A stretch of 64,000 bases of DNA. Origin: Escherichia coli (GTDB lineage Bacteria > Pseudomonadota > Gammaproteobacteria > Enterobacterales > Enterobacteriaceae). Positions 31,925 through 42,408 of this stretch are shown here, one piece after another. The stretch is taken from the NCBI RefSeq assembly GCF_003991155.1, contig NZ_CP031293.1; one strand, given 5' to 3'. The first letter of the stretch is position 1. Every line of letters begins with the position of its first letter. The notes beneath the pieces were generated by a model. That model saw only the letters and a program-made list of their open reading frames with translations. It searched no databases and had not been told where the DNA came from. The position numbers and the translations under genes were made by a program.

Positions 31925-33961
31925 ATGGATACGCCACGCCCACAGCTATTAGATTTTCAATTTCATCAGAATAACGACAGTTTTACTCTACGTTTTCAAG
32001 ACCGCCTTATTTTAATCCATAGCAAAGATAATCCTTGCTTATCGATTGGCTCAGGTATAGCGGATATCGATATGTTCCGCGGTAATTTCAGCATTAAAGA
32101 TAAATTGCAGGAGAAAATTGCGCTTACCGACGCCATCGTCAGCCAGTCACCGGATGGCTGGTTAATCCATTTCAGCCGTGGTTCTGACATTAGCGCCACG
32201 CTGCGTATCTCTGCCGACGATCAGGGCCGTTTATTGCTGGAACTACAAAACGACAACCTTAACCACAACCGTATCTGGCTGCGCCTTGCCGCTCAACCAG
32301 AGGACCATATCTACGGCTGCGGTGAACAATTCTCCTACTTTGATCTGCGCGGCAAACCGTTCCCGCTATGGACCAGTGAACAAGGCGTTGGTCGCAACAA
32401 GCAAACCTATGTCACCTGGCAGGCCGACTGCAAAGAGAACGCGGGCGGCGACTATTACTGGACTTTCTTCCCGCAGCCTACGTTTGTCAGCACGCAGAAG
32501 TATTACTGCCATGTTGATAACAGTTGCTACATGAACTTCGACTTTAGCGCCCCGGAATACCATGAACTGGCGCTGTGGGAAGACAAAGCAACGCTGCGTT
32601 TTGAATGTGCTGATACATACATCTCCCTGCTGGAAAAATTAACTGCCCTGCTGGGACGCCAGCCAGAACTGCCCGACTGGATTTATGACGGGGTAACGCT
32701 CGGCATTCAGGGCGGGACTGAAGTGTGCCAGAAGAAACTGGACACCATGCGTAACGCGGGCGTGAAGGTCAACGGCATCTGGGCGCAGGACTGGTCCGGG
32801 ATCCGTATGACCTCGTTTGGTAAACGTGTGATGTGGAACTGGAAGTGGAACAGCGAAAACTATCCGCAACTGGATTCGCGTATTAAACAGTGGAACAAAG
32901 AAGGCGTGCAGTTCCTCGCCTACATCAACCCGTATGTTGCCAGCGATAAGGACCTCTGCGCCGAGGCGGCTTCACACGGCTATCTGGCAAAAGATGCCTC
33001 TGGCGGTGACTATCTGGTGGAGTTTGGTGAGTTTTATGGCGGCGTTGTCGATTTGACCAATCCTGAAGCCTATTCCTGGTTCAAAGAAGTCATCAAGAAA
33101 AACATGATCGAATTGGGCTGCGGCGGCTGGATGGCAGATTTTGGCGAATACTTGCCGACCGATACGTATCTGCACAACGGCGTCAGTGCCGAAATAATGC
33201 ATAACGCCTGGCCTGCGCTGTGGGCGAAATGTAACTACGAAGCCCTTGAAGAAACGGGCAAGCTCGGCGAGATCCTCTTCTTTATGCGCGCCGGTTCTAC
33301 CGGTAGCCAGAAATACTCCACCATGATGTGGGCGGGCGACCAGAACGTTGACTGGAGTCTGGACGATGGCCTGGCGTCTGTCGTCCCGGCGGCGCTGTCG
33401 CTGGCAATGACCGGACATGGCCTGCATCACAGTGATATTGGCGGTTACACCACCCTGTTTGAGATGAAGCGCAGCAAAGAGCTGCTGCTGCGCTGGTGCG
33501 ATTTCAGCGCCTTCACGCCGATGATGCGCACCCACGAAGGCAACCGTCCTGGCGACAACTGGCAGTTTGACGGCGACGCGGAAACTATCGCCCATTTTGC
33601 CCGTATGACCACAGTCTTCACCACGCTGAAACCTTACCTGAAAGAGGCCGTCGCGCTGAATGCGAAGTCCGGCCTGCCGGTTATGCGCCCGCTGTTCCTG
33701 CATTACGAAGACGACGCGCAGACCTACACCCTGAAATATCAGTACCTGTTAGGCCGCGACATTCTGGTCGCTCCGGTGCATGAAGAAGGCCGTAGCGACT
33801 GGACGCTCTATCTGCCGGAGGATAACTGGGTCCATGCCTGGACGGGTGAAGCGTTCCGGGGCGGGGAAGTTACCGTTAATGCGCCCATCGGTAAACCGCC
33901 GGTCTTTTATCGCGCCGATAGCGAATGGGCGGCACTGTTCGCGTCGTTAAAAAGCATCTAA
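31925..33961 (+). CDS. yihQ: Sulfoquinovosidase (GH31 alpha-glucosidase family)
   Basis: 678-aa ORF, GH31-like. Confidence 0.88.
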   Translation: MDTPRPQLLDFQFHQNNDSFTLRFQDRLILIHSKDNPCLSIGSGIADIDMFRGNFSIKDKLQEKIALTDAIVSQSPDGWLIHFSRGSDISATLRISADDQGRLLLELQNDNLNHNRIWLRLAAQPEDHIYGCGEQFSYFDLRGKPFPLWTSEQGVGRNKQTYVTWQADCKENAGGDYYWTFFPQPTFVSTQKYYCHVDNSCYMNFDFSAPEYHELALWEDKATLRFECADTYISLLEKLTALLGRQPELPDWIYDGVTLGIQGGTEVCQKKLDTMRNAGVKVNGIWAQDWSGIRMTSFGKRVMWNWKWNSENYPQLDSRIKQWNKEGVQFLAYINPYVASDKDLCAEAASHGYLAKDASGGDYLVEFGEFYGGVVDLTNPEAYSWFKEVIKKNMIELGCGGWMADFGEYLPTDTYLHNGVSAEIMHNAWPALWAKCNYEALEETGKLGEILFFMRAGSTGSQKYSTMMWAGDQNVDWSLDDGLASVVPAALSLAMTGHGLHHSDIGGYTTLFEMKRSKELLLRWCDFSAFTPMMRTHEGNRPGDNWQFDGDAETIAHFARMTTVFTTLKPYLKEAVALNAKSGLPVMRPLFLHYEDDAQTYTLKYQYLLGRDILVAPVHEEGRSDWTLYLPEDNWVHAWTGEAFRGGEVTVNAPIGKPPVFYRADSEWAALFASLKSI

Positions 33962-34006
33962 TCACATCCGCCCGTGGGGAAACTCACGGGCAAAGGGAGA
34001 ACAACG

Positions 34007-35392
34007 ATGAGTCACATCACAACGGAAGATCCAGCAACTTTACGCCTGCCCTTTAAAGAGAAACTCTCTTACGGTATTGGCGACCTGGCCTCTAACATCC
34101 TGCTGGATATTGGTACGCTTTATCTTTTGAAGTTTTATACCGACGTTCTGGGGCTGCCTGGCACCTATGGCGGCATTATCTTTTTGATTTCAAAATTCTT
34201 TACCGCCTTTACCGATATGGGTACCGGCATTATGTTGGATTCCCGACGCAAGATCGGTCCAAAAGGTAAGTTCCGTCCTTTTATTCTGTATGCGTCATTC
34301 CCAGTCACCTTACTGGCGATCGCCAACTTTGTCGGCACACCGTTTGATGTCACCGGTAAAACGGTGATGGCCACCATCCTGTTTATGCTTTACGGACTGT
34401 TTTTCAGCATGATGAACTGTTCCTACGGCGCAATGGTGCCTGCCATCACCAAAAACCCCAACGAGCGCGCATCGTTGGCGGCATGGCGTCAGGGCGGCGC
34501 TACGCTGGGCCTGCTGCTGTGTACGGTGGGATTCGTGCCGGTTATGAATCTTATCGAGGGTAATCAGCAACTTGGCTATATCTTCGCCGCCACGCTGTTT
34601 TCACTGTTCGGCCTGCTGTTTATGTGGATCTGCTATTCGGGCGTGAAAGAGCGTTATGTCGAAACCCAACCTACCAATCCGGCGCAAAAGCCTGGCTTGT
34701 TGCAATCTTTCCGTGCGATTGCCGGTAACCGCCCGCTGTTCATTCTGTGCATTGCCAACCTCTGCACTTTAGGGGCATTTAACGTCAAGCTCGCCATTCA
34801 GGTCTATTACACCCAGTACGTGCTCAACGATCCCATCCTGTTGTCATATATGGGATTTTTCAGCATGGGCTGTATTTTCATCGGCGTGTTCCTGATGCCC
34901 GGCGCAGTCAGACGTTTTGGTAAGAAGAAGGTCTATATCGGCGGCCTGCTGATTTGGGTGCTTGGCGATCTGCTCAACTATTTCTTTGGCGGCGGTTCGG
35001 TCAGCTTCGTGGCGTTCTCCTGCCTGGCATTCTTCGGCTCAGCGTTTGTTAACAGCCTGAACTGGGCGCTGGTTTCCGACACCGTCGAGTACGGCGAGTG
35101 GCGCACCGGTGTGCGTTCGGAAGGTACGGTCTACACCGGTTTCACCTTCTTTCGCAAAGTATCTCAGGCGCTGGCAGGTTTCTTCCCAGGCTGGATGCTG
35201 ACGCAAATCGGCTATGTGCCAAACGTCGCCCAGGCTGACCACACTATCGAAGGGTTGCGCCAACTGATCTTCATCTACCCAAGCGCACTGGCAGTAGTCA
35301 CCATCGTGGCAATGGGTTGCTTCTACAGTCTGAACGAGAAGATGTACGTCCGCATTGTTGAAGAGATAGAAGCCCGTAAACGCACGGCGTAA
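34007..35392 (+). CDS. yihP: GPH-family sugar:cation symporter
   Basis: Multi-TM, paralogous to yihO; start at internal ATG (MSHITTEDPATLRL); track ORF starts at 33974. Confidence 0.85.
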   Translation: MSHITTEDPATLRLPFKEKLSYGIGDLASNILLDIGTLYLLKFYTDVLGLPGTYGGIIFLISKFFTAFTDMGTGIMLDSRRKIGPKGKFRPFILYASFPVTLLAIANFVGTPFDVTGKTVMATILFMLYGLFFSMMNCSYGAMVPAITKNPNERASLAAWRQGGATLGLLLCTVGFVPVMNLIEGNQQLGYIFAATLFSLFGLLFMWICYSGVKERYVETQPTNPAQKPGLLQSFRAIAGNRPLFILCIANLCTLGAFNVKLAIQVYYTQYVLNDPILLSYMGFFSMGCIFIGVFLMPGAVRRFGKKKVYIGGLLIWVLGDLLNYFFGGGSVSFVAFSCLAFFGSAFVNSLNWALVSDTVEYGEWRTGVRSEGTVYTGFTFFRKVSQALAGFFPGWMLTQIGYVPNVAQADHTIEGLRQLIFIYPSALAVVTIVAMGCFYSLNEKMYVRIVEEIEARKRTA

Positions 35393-35434
35393 TTATAATA
35401 AACAACGCCCTGCGGGGCGTTATAAGGAGTGATT

Positions 35435-36838
35435 ATGTCTGACCATAATCCACTGACATTAAGACTGAATCTGCGGGAAAAAATCGCCTATGGTATGGGC
35501 GACGTCGGTTCGAATTTAATGCTCTGCATCGGTACTCTGTATCTCCTCAAATTTTATACCGATGAATTAGGGATGCCTGCTTACTATGGCGGGATTATCT
35601 TTCTGGTGGCGAAGTTTTTTACCGCATTTACCGATATGCTCACCGGATTTTTACTCGACTCGCGGAAAAATATTGGGCCTAAAGGCAAATTTCGTCCCTT
35701 TATTTTATATGCAGCGGTTCCGGCGGCGTTAATTGCAACGCTCCAGTTTATCGCCACCACCTTTAGTTTGCCGGTTAAAACGACGATTGCCACCGCACTG
35801 TTTATGATGTTTGGACTTTCATACAGTCTGATGAACTGCTCGTATGGTGCGATGATCCCGGCCATTACCAAAAACCCCAATGAGCGCGCGCAGCTCGCGG
35901 CTTACCGCCAGGGTGGTGCAACCATAGGGCTATTGATTTGTACCGTGGCGTTTATTCCGTTGCAGTCGCTTTTTTCTGACTCAACCGTCGGTTATGCCTG
36001 TGCGGCACTGATGTTCTCCATTGGCGGCTTTATTTTTATGATGCTGTGCTACAGAGGCGTCAAAGAGCATTATGTGGACACGACGCCAACCGGACATAAG
36101 GCCAGTATTCTCAAATCATTTTGCGCGATATTTCATAATCCACCTTTGCTGGTATTGTGCATTGCTAACCTGTGTACTCTGGCGGCATTTAATATCAAAC
36201 TGGCGATTCAGGTCTATTACACCCAGTATGTGCTAAATGATATTAATTTATTGTCGTGGATGGGATTCTTCAGTATGGGATGCATCCTCGTCGGCGTATT
36301 ACTGGTGCCATTAACTGTAAAATATTTTGGTAAAAAACAGGTTTATTTAGCTGGCATGGTGCTGTGGGCGGTTGGTGATATCCTGAATTATTTCTGGGGA
36401 AGTAACTCTTTCACTTTCGTCATGTTCTCTTGTGTCGCCTTTTTTGGCACGGCCTTTGTAAACAGCCTGAACTGGGCACTGGTGCCAGATACCGTAGATT
36501 ACGGTGAATGGAAAACCGGTATTCGTGCCGAAGGTTCTGTTTATACCGGTTATACCTTCTTTCGTAAAATTTCTGCCGCACTTGCTGGCTTCTTGCCAGG
36601 CATTATGCTGACGCAAATAGGTTATGTTCCCAACATCGCGCAAAGTGATGCGACATTACAGGGTTTGCGTCAGCTCATTTTTATCTGGCCTTGTGCACTG
36701 GCAATTATTGCTGCATTGACGATGGGATTCTTTTACACACTCAATGAAAAACGGTTTGCACTGATTATTGAGGAAATTAACCAACGCAAAAATAAAGAAA
36801 TTGAGACAGAAGAAAAAACGGCTTCCGTAACGTTATAA
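35435..36838 (+). CDS. yihO: GPH-family transporter, sulfoquinovose importer paralog
   Basis: 467 aa, strong similarity to yihP along its whole length. Confidence 0.85.
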   Translation: MSDHNPLTLRLNLREKIAYGMGDVGSNLMLCIGTLYLLKFYTDELGMPAYYGGIIFLVAKFFTAFTDMLTGFLLDSRKNIGPKGKFRPFILYAAVPAALIATLQFIATTFSLPVKTTIATALFMMFGLSYSLMNCSYGAMIPAITKNPNERAQLAAYRQGGATIGLLICTVAFIPLQSLFSDSTVGYACAALMFSIGGFIFMMLCYRGVKEHYVDTTPTGHKASILKSFCAIFHNPPLLVLCIANLCTLAAFNIKLAIQVYYTQYVLNDINLLSWMGFFSMGCILVGVLLVPLTVKYFGKKQVYLAGMVLWAVGDILNYFWGSNSFTFVMFSCVAFFGTAFVNSLNWALVPDTVDYGEWKTGIRAEGSVYTGYTFFRKISAALAGFLPGIMLTQIGYVPNIAQSDATLQGLRQLIFIWPCALAIIAALTMGFFYTLNEKRFALIIEEINQRKNKEIETEEKTASVTL

Positions 36839-36904
36839 ATGTCAATAGCCGCTATTTCCATCCTGGTGGGTGGCGGCCTCCCTACGCTTAAAAATGGACT
36901 TATT

Positions 36905-37597
36905 ATGAAAAAGATTAATGCAATAATTCTATTATCCTCTCTGACCTCTGCCTCGGTATTTGCTGGCGCATACGTCGAAAACAGGGAGGCATATAATCTC
37001 GCCTCCGATCAGGGCGAGGTTATGCTACGTGTGGGTTATAACTTCGATATGGGCGCGGGTATTATGTTAACCAATACCTACACCTTTCAGCGAGAAGATG
37101 AACTCAAACATGGATATAACGAAATCGAAGGTTGGTATCCGTTATTCAAACCAACCGATAAATTAACCATCCAGCCCGGTGGCTTAATTAATGATAAGAG
37201 TATCGGTTCGGGTGGTGCTGTTTATCTGGATGTTAACTACAAATTTACTCCATGGTTTAACCTGACGGTACGTAATCGTTTTAACCATAATAACTATAGC
37301 TCAACCGATTTGAACGGTGATCTGGATAATAATGACAGCTACGAGATTGGCAACTACTGGAACTTTATTATTACCGATAAGTTCTCATATACCTTTGAAC
37401 CGCATTATTTTTATAACATTAATGATTTCAATAGCAGCAATGGTACGAAGCATCACTGGGAAATCACTAACACCTTCCGTTATCGCATTAATGAACACTG
37501 GCTCCCTTATTTCGAATTACGCTGGTTAGATCGTAATGTCGAACCGTACCACCGCGAGCAAAACCAGATTCGTATCGGGACGAAGTATTTCTTCTGA
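36905..37597 (+). CDS. ompL: Outer-membrane porin L
   Basis: 230 aa from internal ATG (MKKINAIILLSSLTSASVFA signal peptide); beta-barrel composition, terminal F. Confidence 0.85.
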   Translation: MKKINAIILLSSLTSASVFAGAYVENREAYNLASDQGEVMLRVGYNFDMGAGIMLTNTYTFQREDELKHGYNEIEGWYPLFKPTDKLTIQPGGLINDKSIGSGGAVYLDVNYKFTPWFNLTVRNRFNHNNYSSTDLNGDLDNNDSYEIGNYWNFIITDKFSYTFEPHYFYNINDFNSSNGTKHHWEITNTFRYRINEHWLPYFELRWLDRNVEPYHREQNQIRIGTKYFF

Positions 37598-37605
37598 TGT
37601 AAAAC

Positions 37606-37690
37606 TGCCGGATGAGGCGAAAACGCCTTATCCGGCCTACGGTTGATACGGTTTTCGTTGGCCGGATTAAGCCACATCCGGCCATTAATT
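37606..37690. repeat. REP/BIME palindromic elements
   Basis: gccggatgaggcg...cgccttatccggcctac and ggccggattaagccacatccggcc REP-type palindromes between ompL and yihN. Confidence 0.75.
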
Positions 37691-38954
37691 AAGCTTCAGC
37701 CGCCAGCATCTCTTTCTTACGTTGGCTAATACGCTTAACCAGCATTACGGAAACCACCGCACCACAGAATGCGAAGCAGGCCATAATGCCAAACACGATT
37801 TTGTAGCCAATAATCCCCGGATTTAAATCCAGAATGTAGCCATACAGACTGAAGCAGAACATCGCCGGGGCGTAACCAATAAAGCTACCCAACGCCATCG
37901 CCGCGCCTGTTTTATTTTCAGCAATTTTTGCTTCGCCGATAGGTGCAAAAAATACGGCTCGCTGTGTAAAGACTATCGCGCCAAAGCCCAGCGTACATGC
38001 CATCCCTAAATAGACCGGCATACTTTCGTGCGGCAGCATAATCAACAGTACGAGCGCAGCGGTACTGATGATAAAGGTGTAGCATAGATATTTACTCGGC
38101 GATTTCAGGATCTTATCTGAAATCATGCCACCAATCGGTCCACCAATCATTTTCAGACAGTATTGGTTAATGATGCCGTAAGCCCCCACCAGCGCAACGG
38201 GCAATAGATAGATGTTTTTCAGGAATGGAATGAAGAATGTCAGGCCACAGTAAACCGCGTAAACGAAGAAGACGTTAAAAGCGATAAGCCAGATGGTTTT
38301 GTCTCTCAGCACCGAGGTCATACTGGTGTTTTGCGATGCTCCGTCTTCTTTTTTCACCTCAACGGACGGTGCCTCTTCTTTGTCATTCAGGACAAAGAAA
38401 ATAATAATGCCTACGGCAATCACAATAAGGGAATAGAACCAGATGCCTGCTTTAAAACCCAATAAGCCACTGCCAAACCAGGTAAATACTGCCAACGCAG
38501 AAAATGCCACCACGGTATCGACAATGCCACGCCCTGTTTCGAAGAAGCCAAACAACCGACCTTGTTGTTCGCTATTGCCCAATCGACTTACCGACTTGAG
38601 CAAGACCGGCCAGTTCATCATGTCGCAAGTAACGCCAAATAGCGCCCAGACAAAGAGGATGCCCCAATACCCCGGCATTGTCGTCAAATAAACACCCAGT
38701 AATCCTGTCGCAATGAGTGAGAATGACATGGTGTATCTGCGCGGTAGTTTATCGGCAAAATAAATAGACAGAAAAAAACCCACTGTCGTGACAAATGAGT
38801 TTACCGACATAGCATTACCAATTTGACCATTGGTCAAATGGAAATATTCCTGCATCGGGATATAAAACGCATCTTTCAGCGACGGTAATTTATAAATTGT
38901 ACCGCCACACAATGTTAATAGACTAAATAACGCCCATTTCTTTTTCGTGAGCAT
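37689..38954 (-). CDS. yihN: MFS transporter
   Basis: 421 aa, 12-TM profile. Confidence 0.85.
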   Translation of the reverse strand: MLTKKKWALFSLLTLCGGTIYKLPSLKDAFYIPMQEYFHLTNGQIGNAMSVNSFVTTVGFFLSIYFADKLPRRYTMSFSLIATGLLGVYLTTMPGYWGILFVWALFGVTCDMMNWPVLLKSVSRLGNSEQQGRLFGFFETGRGIVDTVVAFSALAVFTWFGSGLLGFKAGIWFYSLIVIAVGIIIFFVLNDKEEAPSVEVKKEDGASQNTSMTSVLRDKTIWLIAFNVFFVYAVYCGLTFFIPFLKNIYLLPVALVGAYGIINQYCLKMIGGPIGGMISDKILKSPSKYLCYTFIISTAALVLLIMLPHESMPVYLGMACTLGFGAIVFTQRAVFFAPIGEAKIAENKTGAAMALGSFIGYAPAMFCFSLYGYILDLNPGIIGYKIVFGIMACFAFCGAVVSVMLVKRISQRKKEMLAAEA

Positions 38955-39055
38955 AACATCCCCTAAGCGATTTTTAAAATCACTGTTTTAAAGGCAATAA
39001 GATACCGACCATTCATATGGAATGGTTTTATTAACTGCGTATGAGTTAAAACTTA

Positions 39056-40036
39056 TTAGTGGTTCAGAAGATGGTTTGCCTCTTGTTTGATTTGTTGTAG
39101 TACGTTACGCACATGATTTATCTGATTAATTGCATCTTCTTTTTCTTTACGTAACCGCGCATCCAGTAAATGATTTTCTGGCAATGGTGTTTCACTCATC
39201 TGGCGATAAGGGATCCACGGATTATCATCTTCGTCTTCAAAGCGGAACGCCGGCGCATAGTAATCAACCTCTTCTTCCAGGCCATATGCCGTCACCTGCG
39301 GCTCATCATCACCCAGGCATATAAGGTGCGTTAATAACGCTTTGAACGGCATATCACCCTGACCTGAAATACAGGCTTTATGACCCAGGCCACCCGGTTC
39401 TTTAACGATCAAGGCATCTTTGATATGGACCTGGGTAATATGCGGTGCCATCGTTTTTAAAGCGTCGATGGGATGCTCATTTGCATTGATCATGTTCGCA
39501 AAATCAAACAGTAAGGAAAGAGATTCCATCTCACTTTCTTTGACCAGCGACACCAGCTCATGACTTTTTAAATCTTCATGCTGCTCGATCGTAAAAGTCA
39601 GGCCGCTGTCCTGATACGTTTCCCGTACATAGGCAATGTCGTTAGCGATAATCGATAATACATCGCGCAAATTACCTTCATAACGCGGATAAAAACGTAC
39701 GGAGGATGCCCCAGTTTTCAACGCGATGGCGACGGCTTCGTCAATAGATTTTTTATCTGAGGCGCTGGTTTCAATATGAATATCAAGGTTCAGACGGCGG
39801 GCTTTATCCCCAAAGGCAGAGAGTTCTTTATCGTCCATATTACCAAGAGAAAAACGCTCTCCATCCAGAACATGGATTTTGACGCCACGTAGATTATTTT
39901 CACTTGCGATATCAAGTAAATCAGCAGGCAACACTCTTTCCAGTCGCATATTTAAATGAAAGGCATAAGCATGTAAATAAAGAGGAAGAGTGTCGACACG
40001 TTGTAGAATCTTTCTTGCGTTATTTATTGTCACCAT
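39056..40036 (-). CDS. yihM: Sugar-phosphate isomerase/epimerase (TIM-barrel) family protein
   Basis: 326-aa ORF between yihN and yihL. Confidence 0.82.
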   Translation of the reverse strand: MVTINNARKILQRVDTLPLYLHAYAFHLNMRLERVLPADLLDIASENNLRGVKIHVLDGERFSLGNMDDKELSAFGDKARRLNLDIHIETSASDKKSIDEAVAIALKTGASSVRFYPRYEGNLRDVLSIIANDIAYVRETYQDSGLTFTIEQHEDLKSHELVSLVKESEMESLSLLFDFANMINANEHPIDALKTMAPHITQVHIKDALIVKEPGGLGHKACISGQGDMPFKALLTHLICLGDDEPQVTAYGLEEEVDYYAPAFRFEDEDDNPWIPYRQMSETPLPENHLLDARLRKEKEDAINQINHVRNVLQQIKQEANHLLNH

Positions 40037-40043
40037 AAAACAC

Positions 40044-40754
40044 CTACAGATTAATGATGAGGTCTACGGCCTCAAATCGCCAATATTCAATATCTATCTG
40101 GACAATATTGCCCTGCTGGTCGGCGCGATGCTTTTCAATTAAGATCGCTGGCATACCCGCAGAACCGCCAAGATACTTGCTGATATCGCCCGGCATTCTG
40201 ACGGGTTTGAAAATCAATTTTTTTACTACCGTCTCTTTTTGGTAGCACTTTTCCCAGACTGCAGAAAATGAGTGGTTTTCAAGTTGTTCAATAAAACCCG
40301 GGGCAACTTCAGGATTAATATATGTTTCGTGATAGAAAACTTTATGTCCTTCCAGCGCCCCCCAGCCGGTGATGCGATAGAGTTCAGTTGATGGTGTCAC
40401 TGCAATCAGTGGCGCGAGCGTCTCGGGAATATCGCTGGTACGGTTTTTCTCGGTAAACCCCCAGGAAGGCTCTCGTCCTTGCTCAATTGCGGCCCGCTGA
40501 AAGCTCGCTGACAGCTCCGGACTGTAATTAAATCGCGGCTGGGTCACGAACCACCCCTTACGATCCTTACGGAAGATTTTGGATTCTGCCTCGAGGTTCA
40601 ACAACGCCTGGCGCAGCGTCATACGTTTAATGCCCAGCAGTTCTCCCAGCTCTCTTTCTGAAGGGAGTTTTCCACCCGGCGTGGTGATGCCATCTTTCAA
40701 CCACCGATCCAGTTTCTCTTTTGCATTTTCTACGGTGGATTGATTCTCCGCCAT
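40044..40754 (-). CDS. yihL: GntR-family transcriptional regulator
   Basis: 236 aa; N-terminal wHTH (RELGELLGIKRMTLRQALLNLE) plus UTRA-like C-terminus. Confidence 0.85.
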   Translation of the reverse strand: MAENQSTVENAKEKLDRWLKDGITTPGGKLPSERELGELLGIKRMTLRQALLNLEAESKIFRKDRKGWFVTQPRFNYSPELSASFQRAAIEQGREPSWGFTEKNRTSDIPETLAPLIAVTPSTELYRITGWGALEGHKVFYHETYINPEVAPGFIEQLENHSFSAVWEKCYQKETVVKKLIFKPVRMPGDISKYLGGSAGMPAILIEKHRADQQGNIVQIDIEYWRFEAVDLIINL

Positions 40755-40932
40755 TGTTTAATCCTTTTGGTTTAAACCAGATGAAGCATCTTACGCTTAC
40801 GCCAAAAAAGAAAGCAATTAACGGTGTATGACTTTGCAGATAATTGTGACAAAGCTCTCTATTGACGTAATCACAGACTTATAAGGGAGATACTCGCATT
40901 GGTGTGCGCTCACGACAGGTAAAAAAAAACCT

Positions 40933-40944
40933 GCCAGCGATGGC
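40933..40944. repeat. Target-site duplication (left copy) of IS4, gccagcgatggc
   Basis: Identical 12-mer directly flanks both IS4 ends (also at 42371..42382). Confidence 0.85.
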
Positions 40945-42370
40945 TAATGCCAGTCAGTTAAGCAACTGACTGGCTCTTTTTCGGGGCTGTGGGGTATTTC
41001 CAGGGCCTCTCCTTTACCACTCTCGGGAAGGCCCTTTCCCTTCTTGTCGGTAATTTCACAAGTTGTCCCATACTTGCAAGATCGCGCATCAGCTCCGGTA
41101 TACGTCCCGGTGAAGCGCCCTGCAATGTCATCAGCATTCTCATCACCATTCCGCATGATTCTGAGAAACTCAGTTGATTCGGCCAGTAACCTTTCAGATG
41201 TTCCGCCATTTTAATCATCTGATATCTCACCAGATTATAAGCCAGTAAGACACCCCACAGCTCTTGCTCCACAAGCTCCGGTTTTTTACTTCTCAGCGTC
41301 AGCCTGCTCAGTTGCATCGTCTGTTTTATCTCCCTGTATCCCAGTTCGATTTCCCAGCGATGACTGTACAGATCCGCCATTTCTCCTCCGGGGAAGCGCA
41401 TGGCGTCCGTCATCGACGTCAGCAGATGGCAGACTTTTCCTTTGCGCGTCACGGTCAGCAGGCGGGCTGTCACTTCATTTCCCAGTCCCGGCCACTTTTT
41501 TCGTGCCTGCGGGCTGGTTTTCAGCTTCACCAGATGATCGCCTTTACCCAGTTTTCTGATCTCTTCATATTGCGCTCCCTTTCTGAGAGGTATCATCCAG
41601 TGGCGGTGTTCTCCCGCCAGGCTCCAGGCATTTAACAGTCCCAGTGAGTAATAACCTTTATCCATTAACGTCAGAGTGTTATCGCCGGTTTGTTCTATAA
41701 GTTGCTCAGCAAGCTCATTTTCGCTGTTCTTCATCGTGCCGAAGGCTGCAGCCGTCAGCAGATGGCTGGTCAGTTCCATCTGGCAGACCATTTTGACCTG
41801 CGGGTAGAGCGCCGGGTTCCCGGCATGTGTCTGGCGGGGGAAGGCTGCATCGTTCTCTGGTGTATCCGGTGTGCGCCAGAACACACCATCGATGGCCAGC
41901 AAGGTCAGGCCGCACCAGTGCGGATGCGGCGTGGCGTTATGCCAGAGCTGCGCTGTTTTCGTGAACACGCGGCGGACAGCCTCACTTCCCAGGCGCTGGC
42001 GGGCCTGAATAACGGCACTGGGGGCAACGAAGGGGCGATTGCCCGGCAGCATGATGTCCAGGCGATTCACAATCTGGTGAAGAGGTTCTTTACGCTCAAG
42101 CGCCATGCCAACAATACACCAGACCATCATTTCGAGGGGAAGACGGCGCTTGCGTAGCGTTACAGTACCTGATTCGGCAAGGCAACGAGAGATGAGTTCG
42201 GGGTCGAGGTAATCCCCCAGAGAAGTCAGTGGGTTACGCAGAGAATCGTAACGGGATACCAGATCAAGAGCCTGTCCAATGTGCATAAAAAAATCCGGAA
42301 ACAAGTGAGCGTTTCCGGATTCTTACACAGCCACTGGATCGGTCAACTGATCCTTAACTGATCGGCATTA
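40945..42370 (-). mobile_element. IS4 insertion sequence, complete (1426 bp) with 18-bp imperfect terminal inverted repeats
   Basis: Ends TAATGCCAGTCAGTTAAG (left) and TAATGCCGATCAGTTAAG (right, reverse complement); single transposase ORF; 12-bp direct repeats flanking. Confidence 0.9.
40958..42286 (-). CDS. insG: IS4 transposase (DDE)
   Basis: 442 aa from internal ATG of track ORF 40958..42304; IS4 transposase sequence recognised. Confidence 0.88.
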   Translation of the reverse strand: MHIGQALDLVSRYDSLRNPLTSLGDYLDPELISRCLAESGTVTLRKRRLPLEMMVWCIVGMALERKEPLHQIVNRLDIMLPGNRPFVAPSAVIQARQRLGSEAVRRVFTKTAQLWHNATPHPHWCGLTLLAIDGVFWRTPDTPENDAAFPRQTHAGNPALYPQVKMVCQMELTSHLLTAAAFGTMKNSENELAEQLIEQTGDNTLTLMDKGYYSLGLLNAWSLAGEHRHWMIPLRKGAQYEEIRKLGKGDHLVKLKTSPQARKKWPGLGNEVTARLLTVTRKGKVCHLLTSMTDAMRFPGGEMADLYSHRWEIELGYREIKQTMQLSRLTLRSKKPELVEQELWGVLLAYNLVRYQMIKMAEHLKGYWPNQLSFSESCGMVMRMLMTLQGASPGRIPELMRDLASMGQLVKLPTRRERAFPRVVKERPWKYPTAPKKSQSVA

Positions 42371-42382
42371 GCCAGCGATGGC
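42371..42382. repeat. Target-site duplication (right copy) of IS4
   Basis: gccagcgatggc repeated at the other IS4 end. Confidence 0.85.
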
Positions 42383-42408
42383 AGGTTTTTTATAACTAAA
42401 AAACGAAA

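Noticed and set aside
32972-33703. 243-aa minus-strand ORF
   Set aside because: Antisense to yihQ; composition typical of a shadow ORF.
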